64,000 nucleotides of DNA from Eledone cirrhosa (lineage: Eukaryota): NCBI GenBank assembly GCA_964016885.1, contig OZ024741.1, forward strand, positions 255,688,001 to 255,752,000, in the 5' to 3' direction. The notes under the pieces are model-generated. The model saw only the letters and a program-made list of their open reading frames with translations, was not told where the DNA came from and searched no databases. The translations under genes and the position numbers were made by a program. Positions 50,431-63,900 of this stretch are shown piece after piece; position 1 is the stretch's first letter, and each line of letters begins with the position of its first letter.

Positions 50431-51703
50431 GTTTCGCTTTACGAGTGTTTCGTCTTACGAGTGTTTCGACATACGAGTGTTTCGGCTTACGAGTGTTTTG
50501 ATTTACGAGTGTTTTGACTTACGGGTGCTTCGACTTACGCGTGTTTCGACTTACGAGTGTTTCGACTTACGAGTGTTTCGGCTTATGAGTGTTTTGACTT
50601 ACGAATGTTTTGACTTACGATTGTTTCGGCTTACGAGTGTTTCGACTTACGAGTGTTCTGACTACGAGTGTTCTGATTTACGGGTGTTCTGACTTACGAG
50701 TGTTCTGACTTACGAGTGTTTCGGCTTATGAGTGTTTCGACTTACGAGTGCTTCGACTTACGAGTGTTTCGGCTTACGGGTGTTTCGACTTACGAATGTT
50801 TTTGCTTACGAGTGTTTCGGCTTACGAGTGTTTCGGCTTATGAGTGTTTCGACTTACGAGTGTTTTGACTTACGGGTGTTTTGACATACGAGTGTTTCGA
50901 TACGATTGTTCTGACTTACGAGTGTTTCCGCTTACGAGTGTTTCGGCTTACGAGTGTTTCGACTTACTAATGTTTTTACTTACGAGTGTTTCGGTGTACG
51001 AGTGTTTCGACTTACGAGTGTTTCGACTTACGAGTGTTTCGACTTACGAGTGTTTCGACTTACGAGTGTTTTGGCTTACGAATGTTTTGACTTACGGGTG
51101 TTTCGACTTACGAGTGTTTCGACTTACGAGTGTTTCGACTTACGAGTGTTTTGGCTTACGAATGTTTTGACTTACGGGTGTTTCGGCTTACGAGTGTTTC
51201 GACATACGAGTGTTTTGACGTACGGGTGTTTCGACTTACGGGTCTTTCGACTTAAGAGTGTTTCGACTTACGAGCGCTTCGACTTACGAGTGTTTCGACT
51301 TACGAGTGTTTCGGCGTATGAGTGTTTTGACTTACGAGTGTTTCGACTTACGAGTGTTTCGACTTACGAGTGTTTCGAATTACGAGTGTTTCGACTTACG
51401 AGTGTTTTGACTTACGAGTGTTTTGACTTACGGTGTTTCTGCTTACGAGTGTTTCGACTTACGAGTGTTATGACTTACGGGTGTTTTGACATACGAGTGT
51501 TTCGACTTACGAGTGTTTTGACTTACGGGTGTTTTGACATACGAGTGTTTCGATAGGAGTGTTCTGACTTACGAGTGTTCTGACTTACGAGTGTTCTGAC
51601 TTACGAGTGTTCTGACTTACGAGTGTTCTGACTTACGAGTGTTCCGACTTTACGAGTGTTTCGGCTCACGAGTGTTTCGGCTTACGAGTGTTTCGACTTA
51701 CGA

Positions 51704-51772
51704 AAATAACAAATAGACGCGGTTTCAAATCTCTATGCTTTTCAAATTCATTACATTAATCTTTATTTATAC
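51704..51772. repeat. 69-bp AT-rich element, copy 23
   Basis: Same sequence; internal ATG at 51735. Confidence 0.95.
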
Positions 51773-54700
51773 GTTTCGCTTTACGAGTGTTTCGTCTTAC
51801 GAGTGTTTCGACATACGAGTGTTTCGGCTTACGAGTGTTTTGATTTACGAGTGTTTTGACTTACGGGTGCTTCGACTTACGCGTGTTTCGACTTACGAGT
51901 GTTTCGACTTACGAGTGTTTCGGCTTATGAGTGTTTTGACTTACGAATGTTTTGACTTACGATTGTTTCGGCTTACGAGTGTTTCGACTTACGAGTGTTC
52001 TGACTACGAGTGTTCTGATTTACGGGTGTTCTGACTTACGAGTGTTCTGACTTACGAGTGTTTCGGCTTATGAGTGTTTCGACTTACGAGTGCTTCGACT
52101 TACGAGTGTTTCGGCTTACGGGTGTTTCGACTTACGAATGTTTTTGCTTACGAGTGTTTCGGCTTACGAGTGTTTCGGCTTATGAGTGTTTGGACTTACG
52201 AGTGTTTTGACTTACGGGTGTTTTGACATACGAGTGTTTCGATACGATTGTTCTGACTTACGAGTGTTTCCGCTTACGAGTGTTTCGGCTTACGAGTGTT
52301 TCGACTTACTAATGTTTTTACTTACGAGTGTTTCGGTGTACGAGTGTTTCGACTTACGAGTGTTTCGACTTACGAGTGTTTCGACTTACGAGTGTTTCGA
52401 CTTATGAGTGTTTCGACTTACGGGCGTTTCGACTTACGGGTGTTTCGACTTACGAGTGTTTTGGCTTACGAATGTTTTGACTTACGGGTGTTTCGACTTA
52501 CGAGTGTTTCGACTTATGAGTGTTTCGACTTACGAGTGTTTCGGCTTATGAGTGTTTCGACTTACGAGTGCTTCGGCTTACGAGTGTTTCGACTTACGAG
52601 TATTTCGGCTTACGAGTGTTTCGACGTACGAATGTTTTGGCTTACGAGTGTTTCGGCTTATGAGTGTTTCGGCTTACGAGTGTTTCGACTTACGAGTGTT
52701 TCGGCTTACGAGTGTTTCAGTGTTTCGGCTTACGTGTGTTTCGACTTACGAGTGTTTCGACTTACGACTGTTTCGGCTTACGAGTGTTTCGGCTTACGAG
52801 TGTTTCGGCTTACGAGTGTTTTGACTTACGATTGTTTGGCTTACGAGTGTTCTGACTTACGGGTGTTCTGACTTACGAGTGTTCCGACTTACGAGTGTTT
52901 CGGCTTATGAGGGTTTCGACTTACGAGTGCTTCGGCTTACGAGTGTTTTGACTTACGGTGTTTCGGCTTACGAGTGTTTCGACATACGAGTGTTTTGACG
53001 TACGGGTGTTTCGACTTACGGGTCTTTCGACTTAAGAGTGTTTCGACTTACGAGCGCTTCGACTTACGAGTGTTTCGACTTACGAGTGTTTCGGCGTATG
53101 AGTGTTTTGACTTACGAGTGTTTCGACTTACGAGTGTTTCGACTTACGAGTGTTTCGAATTACGAGTGTTTCGACTTACGAGTGTTTTGACTTACGAGTG
53201 TTTTGACTTACGGTGTTTCTGCTTACGAGTGTTTCGACTTTCGAGTGTTATGACTTACGGGTGTTTTGACATACGAGTATTTCGACTTACGAGTCTTACG
53301 GCTTACGAGTGTTTCGACTTACTAATGTTTTTACTTACGAGTGTTTCGGCGTACGAGTGTTTCGACTTCCGAGTGTTTCGACTTACAGGTGTTTTGACTT
53401 ACGGGTGTTTCGGCTTACGAGTGTTTTGACTTACGAGTGTTTTGACTTAAGGGTGTTTCGACTTACGAGTATTTTTGGCTTACGAGTGTTTCGACTTACG
53501 AGTGTTTTGACTTACGAGTGTTCTGATTTACGGATGTTTCGACATACGAGTGTTCTGACTTACGAGTGTTCCGACTTACGAGTGTTCCGACTTACGAGTG
53601 TTTCGGCTTACGAGTGTTTCCGGCTTACGAGTGTTTCGACTTACGAGTGTTTTGACTTACGGTGTTTCGGCTTACGAGTGATTCGACTTACGAGTGTTTT
53701 GACTTACGGGTGTTTTGACTTACGGGTGTTGTGAATTACGAGTGTTCCGATTTACGAGTGTTTTGACTTACGGTGTTTCGGCTTACGAGTGATTCGACTT
53801 ACGAATGTTTTGACTTACGGGTGTTTCGGCTTGCGAGTGTTTCGACTTACGAGTGTTTCGGCTTATGAGTGTTTCGACTTACTAATGTTTTTACTTACGA
53901 GTGTTCTGACTTACGAGTGTTCCGACTTACGAGTGTTCCGACTTACGAGTGTTTCGGCTTACGAGTGTTTCCGGCTTACGAGTGTTTCGACTTACGAGTG
54001 TTTCGACTTACGAGTGTTTTGACTTACGGTGTTTCGACTTACGAGTGTTTTGACTTACGAGTGTTTCGGCGTACGAGTGTTTTGACTTACGAGTGTTTCG
54101 AATTACGAGTGTTTTGACTTACGAATGTTTTGACATACGGGTGTTTCGGCTTACGAGTGTTTCGACTTACGAGTGTTTCGGCTTGCGAGTGTTTCGACTT
54201 ACTAATGTTTTTACTTACGAGTTTTTCGGCGTACGAGTGTTTCGACTTACGAGTGTTTCGACTTACGGGTGTTTTGACTTAAGGGTGTTTCGACTTACAA
54301 GTGTTTCGACTTACGAGTGTTTCGACTTACGAGTGTTCTGACTTACGAGTGTTCTGATTTACGGATGTTTCGACATACGAGTGTTTCGACTTACGAGTGT
54401 TTCGACTTACGAGTGTTTTGACTTACGGGTGTTTTGACATACGAGTGTTTCGATACGAGTGTTTCGACTTACGAGTGTTCTGACTTACGAGTGTTCTGAC
54501 TTACGAGTGTTCTGACTTACGAGTGTTCTGATTTACGAGTGTTCCGACTTACGAGTGTTTCGGCTTACGAGTGTTTCGGCTTACGAGTGTTTCGACTTAC
54601 GAGTGTTTCGACTTACGAGTGTTCCGACTTACGGGTGTTTCGACTTACGAGTGGTTTGGCTTACGGTGTTTCGGCTTACGAGTGTTTCGATTTACGAGTG

Positions 54701-54856
54701 TTTTGACTTACGCGTGTTTTGACATACGAGTGTTTCGATACGAGTGTTCTGACTTACGAGTGTTCTGACTTACGAGTGTTCTGACTTACGAGTGTTCCGA
54801 CTTTACGAGTGTTTCGGCTCACGAGTGTTTCGGCTTACGAGTGTTTCGACTTACGA

Positions 54857-54925
54857 AAATAACAAATAGACGCGGTTTCAAATCTCTATGAATTTAAAAT
54901 TCATTACATTAATCTTTATTTATAC
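54857..54925. repeat. 69-bp AT-rich element, copy 24 (palindromic variant)
   Basis: Same variant as 33661-33729 at offset 21,196; palindrome at 54888-54904. Confidence 0.95.
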
Positions 54926-57900
54926 GTTTCGCTTTACGAGTGTTTCGACTTACGAGTGTTTCGACATACGAGTGTTTCGACTTCCGAATGTTTTTGCTTA
55001 CGGGTGTTTCGACTTACGAATGTTTCGGCTTACGAGTGTTTCGGCTTACGTCTGTTCCGACTTAGGAGTGTTTCGGCTTACGGGTATTTCCGGCTTACGA
55101 GTGTTTCGACTTACGAGTGTTTCGACTTTAGAGTGTTTTGACTTACGGTGTTTCGGCTTACGAGTGATTCGACTTACGAGTGTTTTGACTTACGGGTGTT
55201 TTGACTTACGGGTGTTGTGAATTACCAGTGTTCCGATTTACGAGTGTTTTGACTTACGGTGTTACGGTTTGCGAGTGTTTCGACTTACGAGTGTTTCGGC
55301 TTATGAGTGTTTCGACTTACTAATGTTTTTACTTACGAGTGTTTCGGCGTACGAGTGTTTTGACTTACGAGTGTTTCGACTTACGAGTGTTTTGACTTAC
55401 GAATGTTTTGACTTACGGGTGTTTCGGCTTACGAGTGTTTCGACTTACGAGTGTTTCGGCTTGCGAGTGTTTCGACTTACTAATGTTTTTACTTACGAGT
55501 GTTTCGGCGTACGAGTGTTTCGACTTACGAGTGTTTCGACTTACGGGTGTTTTGACTTACGGGTGTTTCGGCTTACGAGTGTTTCGACTTACGAGTGTTT
55601 TGACTTAAGGGTGTTTCGACATACGAGTGTTTCGACTTACGAGTGTTTCGACTTACGAGTGTTTCGGATTACGAGTGTTTTGACTTCAGGGTGTTTCGAT
55701 ACGAGTGTTTCGACTTACGAGTGTTCTGACTTTCGAGTATTCTGATTTACGGATGTTTCGACACACGAGTGTTTCGAATTACGAGTGTTTCGACTTACGA
55801 GTGCTTTGACTTACGGGTGTTTTGACATACGAGTGTTTCGACACGAGTGTTTCGACTTATGAGTGTTTCGACTTACGAGTGTTCTGACTTACGAGTGTTC
55901 TGACTTACGAGTGTTCTGATTTACGGATGTTTCGACACACGAGTGTTTCGATACGAGTGTTTCGACTTACGAGTGTTTCGACTTATGAGTGTTTCGACTT
56001 ACGAGTGTTCTGACTTACGAGTGTTCTGACTTACGAGTGTTCCGACTTACGAGTGTTTCGGTTTACGAGTGTTTCGACATACGAGTGTTTTGACTTACGG
56101 GTGTTTCGACTTACGGGTGTTTCGACTTACGAGTGTTTTGGCTTACGAGTGTTTCGACTTACTAATGTTTTTACTTACCAGTGTTTCGGTGTACGAATGT
56201 TTTGACTTAAGGATGTTTCGACTTACGAGTGTTTCGACTTACGAGTGTTTCGGCTTACGTGAGTTTCGACTTAAGAGTGTTCTGATTTACGAGTGTTCTG
56301 ACTTACGAGTGTTTCGGCTTATGAGTGTTTCGACTTACGAGTGTTTCGGCTTACGAGTGTTTCGACTTATGGGTGTTTCGACTTACGAGTGTTTTTACTT
56401 ACGGTGTTTCGGCTTACGAGTGTTTCGACATACGAGTGTTTTGACTTACGGGTGTTTCGGCTTACGAGTGTTTCGACTTACGAGTGTTTCGGCTTACGAG
56501 TGTTTCGACTTACTAATGTTTTTACTTACGAGTGTTTCGGCGTACGAGAGTTTTGACTTACGAGTGTTTCGACTTACGAGTGTTTTGACTTACGAATGTT
56601 TTGACTTACGGGTGTTTCGGCTTATGAGTGTTTCGACTTACGAGTGTTTCGGCTTACGAGTGTTTCGACTTACTAATGTTTTTACTTACGAGTGTTTCGG
56701 CGTACGAGTGTTTCGACTTACGAGTGTTTCGACTTACGGGTGTTTTGACTTACGGGTGTTTCGACTTACGAGTATTTTTGGCTTACGAGTGTTTCGACTT
56801 ACGAGTGTTTTGACTTACGAGTGTTCTGATTTACGGATGTTTCGACATACGAGTGTTTCGACATACGAGTGTTTCGACTTATGAGTGTTTCGACTTACGA
56901 GTGTTTCGGCTTACGAGTGTTTCGACTTACGAGTGTTTTGACTTACGGTGTTTCGGCTTACGAGTGTTTCGACTTACGAGTGTTTTGACTTACGGGTGTT
57001 TTGACATACGAGTGTTTCGATACGAGTGTTCTGACTTACGAGTGTTCTGACTTACGAGTGTTTTGACTTACGAGTGTTCCGACTTACGAGTGTTTCGGCT
57101 TACGAGTGTTTCCGGCTTACGAGTGTTTCGACTTCCGAGTGTTTTGACTTACGGGTGATTTGACTTACGGGTGTTGTGAATTACGAGTGTTCCGATTTAC
57201 GAGTGTTTTGACTTACGGTGTTTCGGCTTACGAGTGATTCGACTTACGAATGTTTTGAGTTACGGGTGTTTCGGCTTGCGAGTGTTTCGACTTACGAGTG
57301 TTTCGGCTTATGGGTGTTTCGACTTACTAATGTTTTTACTTACGAGTGTTTCGGCGTACGAGTGTTTCGACTTACGAGTGTTTCGACTTACGAGTGTTTC
57401 GGCTTACGTGAGTTTCGACTTACTAATGTTTTTACTTACGAGTGTTTCGGCGTACGAGTGTTTCGACTTACGAGTGTTTCGACTTACGGGTGTTTTGACT
57501 TACGGGTGTTTCGGCTTACGAGTGTTTCGACTTACGAGTGTTTTGACTTACGGGTGTTTCGACTTACGAGTATTTTTGGCTTACGAGTGTTTCGACTTAC
57601 GAGTGTTTTGACTTACGAGTGTTCTGATTTACGGATGTTTCGACATACGAGTGTTTCGACATACGAGTGTTTCGACTTATGAGTGTTTCGACTTACGAGT
57701 GTTTCGGCTTACGAGTGTTTCGACTTACGAGTGTTTTGACTTACGGTGTTTCGGCTTACGAGTGTTTCGACTTACGAGTGTTTTGACTTACGGGTGTTTT
57801 GACATACGAGTGTTTCGATACGAGTGTTCTGACTTACGAGTGTTCTGACTTACGAGTGTTTTGACTTACGAGTGTTCTGACTTACGAGTGTTCCGACTTA

Positions 57901-60900
57901 CGAGTGTTCCGACTTACGAGTGTTTCGGCTTACGAGTGTTTCCGGCTTACGAGTGTTTCGACTTCCGAGTGTTTTGACTTACGGGTGATTTGACTTACGG
58001 GTGTTGTGAATTACGAGTGTTCCGATTTACGAGTGTTTTGACTTACGGTGTTTCGGCTTACGAGTGATTCGACTTACGAATGTTTTGAGTTACGGGTGTT
58101 TCGGCTTGCGAGTGTTTCGACTTACGAGTGTTTCGGCTTATGGGTGTTTCGACTTACTAATGTTTTTACTTACGAGTGTTTCGGCGTACGAGTGTTTCGA
58201 CTTACGAGTGTTTCGACTTACGAGTGTTTCGGCTTACGTGAGTTTCGACTTAAGAGTGTTCTGATTTACGAGTGTTCTGACTTGCGGGTGTTCTGATTTA
58301 CGAGTGTTCCGACTTACGAGTGCTTCGGCTTATTAGTGTTTCGACTTACGAGTGTTTCGGCTTACGAGTGTTTCGACTTATGGGTGTTTCGACTTACGAG
58401 TGTTTTTACTTACGGTGTTTCGGCTTACGAGTGTTTCGACATACGAGTGTTTTGACTTACGGGTGTTTCGACTTACGAGTGTTTTGACTTACGAATGTTT
58501 TGACTTACGGGTGTTTCGGCTTACGAGTGTTTCGACTTACGAGTGTTTCGGCTTACGAGTGTTTCGACTTACTAATGTTCTTACTTACGAGTGTTTCGGC
58601 GTACGAGAGTTTTGACTTACGAGTGTTTCGACTTACGAGTGTTTCGACTTACGAGTGTTTCGACTTACGAGTGTTTCGGATTACGAGTGTTTTGACTTCA
58701 GGGTGTTTCGATACGAGTGTTTCGACTTACGAGTGTTCTGACTTTCGAGTATTCTGATTTACGGATGTTTCGACACACGAGTGTTTCGAATTACGAGTGT
58801 TTCGACTTACGAGTGTTTTGACTTACGGGTGTTTTGACATACGAGTGTTTCGACACGAGTGTTTCGACTTATGAGTGTTTCGACTTACGAGTGTTCTGAC
58901 TTACGAGTGTTCTGACTTACGAGTGTTCTGATTTACGGATGTTTCGACACACGAGTGTTTCGATACGAGTGTTTCGACTTACGAGTGTTTCGACTTATGA
59001 GTGTTTCGACTTACGAGTGTTCTGACTTACGAGTGTTCTGACTTACGAGTGTTCCGACTTACGAGTGTTTCGGTTTACGAGTGTTTCGACATACGAGTGT
59101 TTTGACTTACGGGTGTTTCGACTTACGGGTGTTTCGACTTACGAGTGTTTTGGCTTACGAGTGTTTCGACTTACTAATGTTTTTACTTACCAGTGTTTCG
59201 GTGTACGAATGTTTTGACTTAAGGATGTTTCGACTTACGAGTGTTTCGGCTTACGTGAGTTTCGACTTAAGAGTGTTCTGATTTACGAGTGTTCTGACTT
59301 ACGAGTGTTTCGGCTTATGAGTGTTTCGACTTACGAGTGTTTCGGCTTACGAGTGTTTCGACTTATGGGTGTTTCGACTTACGAGTGTTTTTACTTACGG
59401 TGTTTCGGCTTAAGAGTGTTTCGACATACGAGTGTTTTGACTTACGGGTGTTTCGGCTTACGAGTGTTTCGACTTACGAGTGTTTCGGCTTACGAGTGTT
59501 TCGACTTACTAATGTTTTTACTTATGAGTGTTTCGGCGTACGAGAGTTTTGACTTACGAGTGTTTCGACTTACGAGTGTTTTGACTTACGAATGTTTTGA
59601 CTTACGGGTGTTTCGGCTTATGAGTGTTTCGACTTACGAGTGTTTCGGCTTACGAGTGTTTCGACTTACTAATGTTTTTACTTACGAGTGTTTCGGCGTA
59701 CGAGTGTTTCGACTTACGAGTGTTTCGACTTACGGGTGTTTTGACTTACGGGTGTTTCGGCTTACGAGTGTTTCGACTAACGAGTGTTTTGACTTACGGG
59801 TGTTTCGACTTACGAGAATTTTTGGCTTACGAGTGTTTCGACTTACGAGTGTTTTGACTTACGAGTGTTCTGATTTACGGATGTTTCGACATACGAGTGT
59901 TTCGACATACGAGTGTTTCGACTTATGAGTGTTTCGACTTACGAGTGTTTCGGCTTACGAGTGTTTCGACTTACGAGTGTTTTGACTTACGGTGTTTCGG
60001 CTTACGAGTGTTTCGACTTACGAGTGTTTTGACTTACGGGTGTTTTGACATACGAGTGTTTCGATACGAGTGTTCTGACTTACGAGTGTTCTGACTTACG
60101 AGTGTTTTGACTTACGAGTGTTCTGACTTACGAGTGTTCCGACTTACGAGTGTTCCGACTTACGAGTGTTTCGGCTTACGAGTGTTTCCGGCTTACGAGT
60201 GTTTCGACTTCCGAGTGTTTTGACTTACGGGTGATTTGACTTACGGGTGTTGTGAATTACGAGTGTTCCGATTTACGAGTGTTTTGACTTACGGTGTTTC
60301 GGCTTACGCGTGATTCGACTTACGAATGTTTTGACTTACGGGTGTTTCGGCTTGCGAGTGTTTCGACTTACGAGTGTTTCGGCTTATGGGTGTTTCGACT
60401 TACTAATGTTTTTACTTACGTGAGTTTCGACTTAAGAGTGTTCTGATTTACGAGTGTTCTGACTTGCGGGTGTTCTGATTTACGAGTGTTCCGACTTACG
60501 AGTGCTTCGGCTTATTAGTGTTTCGACTTACGAGTGTTTCGGCTTACGAGTGTTTCGGCTTACGTGAGTTTCGACTTAAGAGTGTTCTGATTTACGAGTG
60601 TTCTGACTTGCGGGTGTTCTGATTTACGAGTGTTCCGACTTACGAGTGCTTCGGCTTATTAGTGTTTCGACTTACGAGTGTTTCGGCTTACGAGTGTTTC
60701 GACTTATGAGTGTTTCGACTTACGAGTGTTTTTACTTACGGTGTTTCGGCTTACGAGTGTTTCGACATACGAGTGTTTTGACTTACGGGTGTTTCGACTT
60801 ACGAGTGTTTTGACTTACGAATGTTTTGACTTACGGGTGTTTCGGCTTACGAGTGTTTCGACTTACGAGTGTTTCGGCTTACGAGTGTTTCGACTTACTA

Positions 60901-63900
60901 ATGTTCTTACTTACGAGTGTTTCGGCGTACGAGAGTTTTGACTTACGAGTGTTTCGACTTACGAGTGTTTCGACTTACGAGTGTTTTGACTTACGAATGT
61001 TTTGACTTACGGGTGTTTCGGCTTACGAGTGTTTCGACTTACGAGTCTTTCGGCTTACGAGTGTTTCGACTTACTAATGTTTTTACTTACGAGTGTTTCG
61101 GCGTACGAGTGTTTCGACTTACGAGTGTTTCGACTTACGGGTGTTTTGACTTACGGGTGTTTCGGCTTACGAGTGTTTTGACTTACGAGTGTTTTGACTT
61201 AAGGGTGTTTCGACTTACGAGTATTTTTGGCTTACGAGTGTTTCGACTTACGAGTGTTTCGACTTACGAGTGTTCTGATTTACGGATGTTTCGACATACG
61301 AGTGTTTCGACTTACGAGTGTTTCGACTTATGAGTGTTTCGACTTACGAGTGTTTCGGCTTATGAGTGTTTCGACTTACGAGTGCTTCGGCTTACGAGTG
61401 TTTCGACTTACGAGTATTTCGGCTTACGAGTGTTTCGACGTACGAATGTTTTGGCTTACGAGTGTTTCGGCTTATGAGTGTTTCGGCTTACGAGTGTTTC
61501 GACTTACGAGTGTTTCGGCTTACGAGTGTTTCAGTGTTTCGGCTTACGTGTGTTTCGACTTACGAGTGTTTCGACTTACGACTGTTTCGGCTTACGAGTG
61601 TTTCGGCTTACGAGTGTTTCGGCTTACGAGTGTTTTGACTTACGAGTGTTTTGACTTACGATTGTTTGGCTTACGAGTGTTCTGACTTGCGGGTGTTCTG
61701 ATTTACGAGTGTTCCGACTTACGAGTGTTTCGGCTTATGAGTGTTTCGGCTTACGAGTGTTTCGACTTACTAATGTTCTTACTTACGAGTGTTTCGGCGT
61801 ACGAGAGTTTTGACTTACGAGTGTTTCGACTTACGAGTGTTTCGACTTACGAGTGTTTTGACTTACGAATGTTTTGACTTACGGGTGCTTCGGCTTACGA
61901 GTGTTTCGACTTACGAGTCTTTCGGCTTACGAGTGTTTCGGCGTACGAGTGTTTCGACTTACGTGTGTTTCGACTTACGTGTGTTTCGACTTACGGATGT
62001 TTTGTCTTACGGGTGTTTCGGCTTACGAGTGTTTTGACTTACGAGTGTTTTGACTTAAGGGTGTTTCGACTTACGAGTATTTTTGGCTTACGAGTGTTTC
62101 GACTTACGAGTGTTTTGAATTACGAATGTTCTGATTTACGGATGTTTCGACATACGAGTGTTTCGACTTACGAGTGTTTCGACTTATGAGTGTTTCGACT
62201 TACGAGTGTTTCGACTTACGAGTGTTTCGGCTTATGAGTGTTTCGACTTACGAGTGTTTTGACTTACGGTGTTTCGGCTTACGAGTGTTTCGACTTACGA
62301 GTGTTTTGACTTACGGGTGTTTTGACATACGAGTGTTTCGATACGAGTGTTCTGACTTACGAGGGTTCTGACTTACGTGTGTTTTGACTTACGAGTGTTC
62401 TGACTTACGAGTGTTCCGACTTACGAGTGTTCCGACTTAAGAGTGTTTCGGCTTACGAGTGTTTCCGGCTTACGAGTGTTTCGACTTACGAGTGTTTTGA
62501 CTTACGGGTGTTGTGAATTACGGGTGTTGTGAATTACGAGTGTTCCGATTTACGAGTGTTTCGGCTTATGAGTGTTTCGACTTACGAGTGTTTCGGCTTA
62601 CGAGTGTTTCGACTTATGGGTGTTTCGACTTACGAGTGTTTTTACTTACGGTGTTTCGGCTTACGAGTGTTTCGACATACGAGTGTTCAGACTTACGAGT
62701 GTTCCGACTTACGAGCGTTCCGACTTACGAGTGTTTTGACTTACGGGTGTTGTGAATTACGGGTGTTGTGAATTACGAGTGTTTCGGCGTATGAGTGATT
62801 TGACTTACGAGTGTTTCGACTTACGAGTGTTTCGACTTCCGAGTGTTTCGAATTACGAGTGTTTCGACTTACGAGTGTTTTGACTTACGAGTGTTTTGAC
62901 TTCGGTGTTTCTGCTTACGAGTGTTTCGACTTACGAGTGTTATGACTTACGGGTGTTTTCACATACGAGTGTTTCGACTTACGAGTGTTTTGACTTACGG
63001 GTGTTTTGACATACGAGTGTTTCGATACGAGTGTTCTGACTTACGAGTGTTCTGACTTACGAGTGTTCTGACTTACGAGTGTTTCGACATACGAGTGTTT
63101 TGACTTACGGGTGTTTCGACTTACGAGTGTTTTCACTTACGAATGTTTTGACTTACGGGTGTTTCGGCTTACGAGTGTTTCGACTTACGAGTGTTTCGGC
63201 TTACGAGTGTTTCGATTTACTAATATTTTTACTTACGAGTGTTTCGGCGTACGAGAGTTTTGACTTACGAGTGTTTCGACTTACGAGTGTTTCGACTTAC
63301 GAGTATTTTGCCTTACGAATGTTTTGACTTACGGGTGTTTCGGCTTACGAGTGTTTCGACTTACGAGTCTTTCGGCTTACGAGTGTTTCGACTTACTAAT
63401 GTTTTTAATTACGAGTGTTTCGGCGTACGAGTGTTTCGACATCCGAGTGTTTCGACTTACGGGTGTTTTGACTTACGGGTGTATCGGCTTACGAGTGTTT
63501 TGACTTACGAGTGTTTTGACTTAAGGGTGTTTCGACTTACGAGTATTTTTGGCTTACGAGTGTTTCGACTTACGAGTGTTTTGACTTACGAGTCTTCTGA
63601 TTTACGGATGTTTCGACATACGAGTGTTTCGACTTACGAGTGTTTCGACTTATGAGTGTTTCGACTTACGAGTGTTTCGACTTACGAGTGTTTCGGCTTG
63701 TGATTGTTTCGACTTACGAGTGTTTTGACTTACGGTGTTTCAGCTTACGAGTGTTTCGACTTACGAGTGTTTTGACTTACGGGTGTTTTGACATACGAGT
63801 GTTTCGATACGAGTGTTCTGACTTACGAGTGTTCTGACTTACGAGTGTTTTGACTTACGAGTGTTCTGACTTACGAGTGTTCCGACTTACGAGTGTTCCG

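Larger units (their letters stand above)
46454..52864. repeat. 3,186-bp tandem duplication (third occurrence, inside HOR unit 2)
   Basis: 47207->50393 and 48549->51735 are 3,186. Confidence 0.9.
39651..60910. repeat. ~21.2-kb higher-order repeat, unit 2
   Basis: Collinear with unit 1 minus one 12,865-bp copy. The match to 39714 ends at 60910 (GTTCTTACGAG vs GTTCTTACTTACGAG). Confidence 0.88.

Noticed and set aside
1598-54925. CRISPR-like array (constant repeat plus variable spacers)
   Set aside because: The constant unit is 69 bp and the intervening 1.3-6.7 kb is satellite, not unique 25-45-bp spacers. There are no cas genes or leader.
268-63837. Many + strand ORFs of 60-271 aa
   Set aside because: They are repeat translations that overlap in all three frames, mostly with GTG/TTG starts. 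They are broken at random by TGA from TTTGAC/TCTGAC variants and by 14/15/17-bp monomers. No domain or frame preservation is visible.
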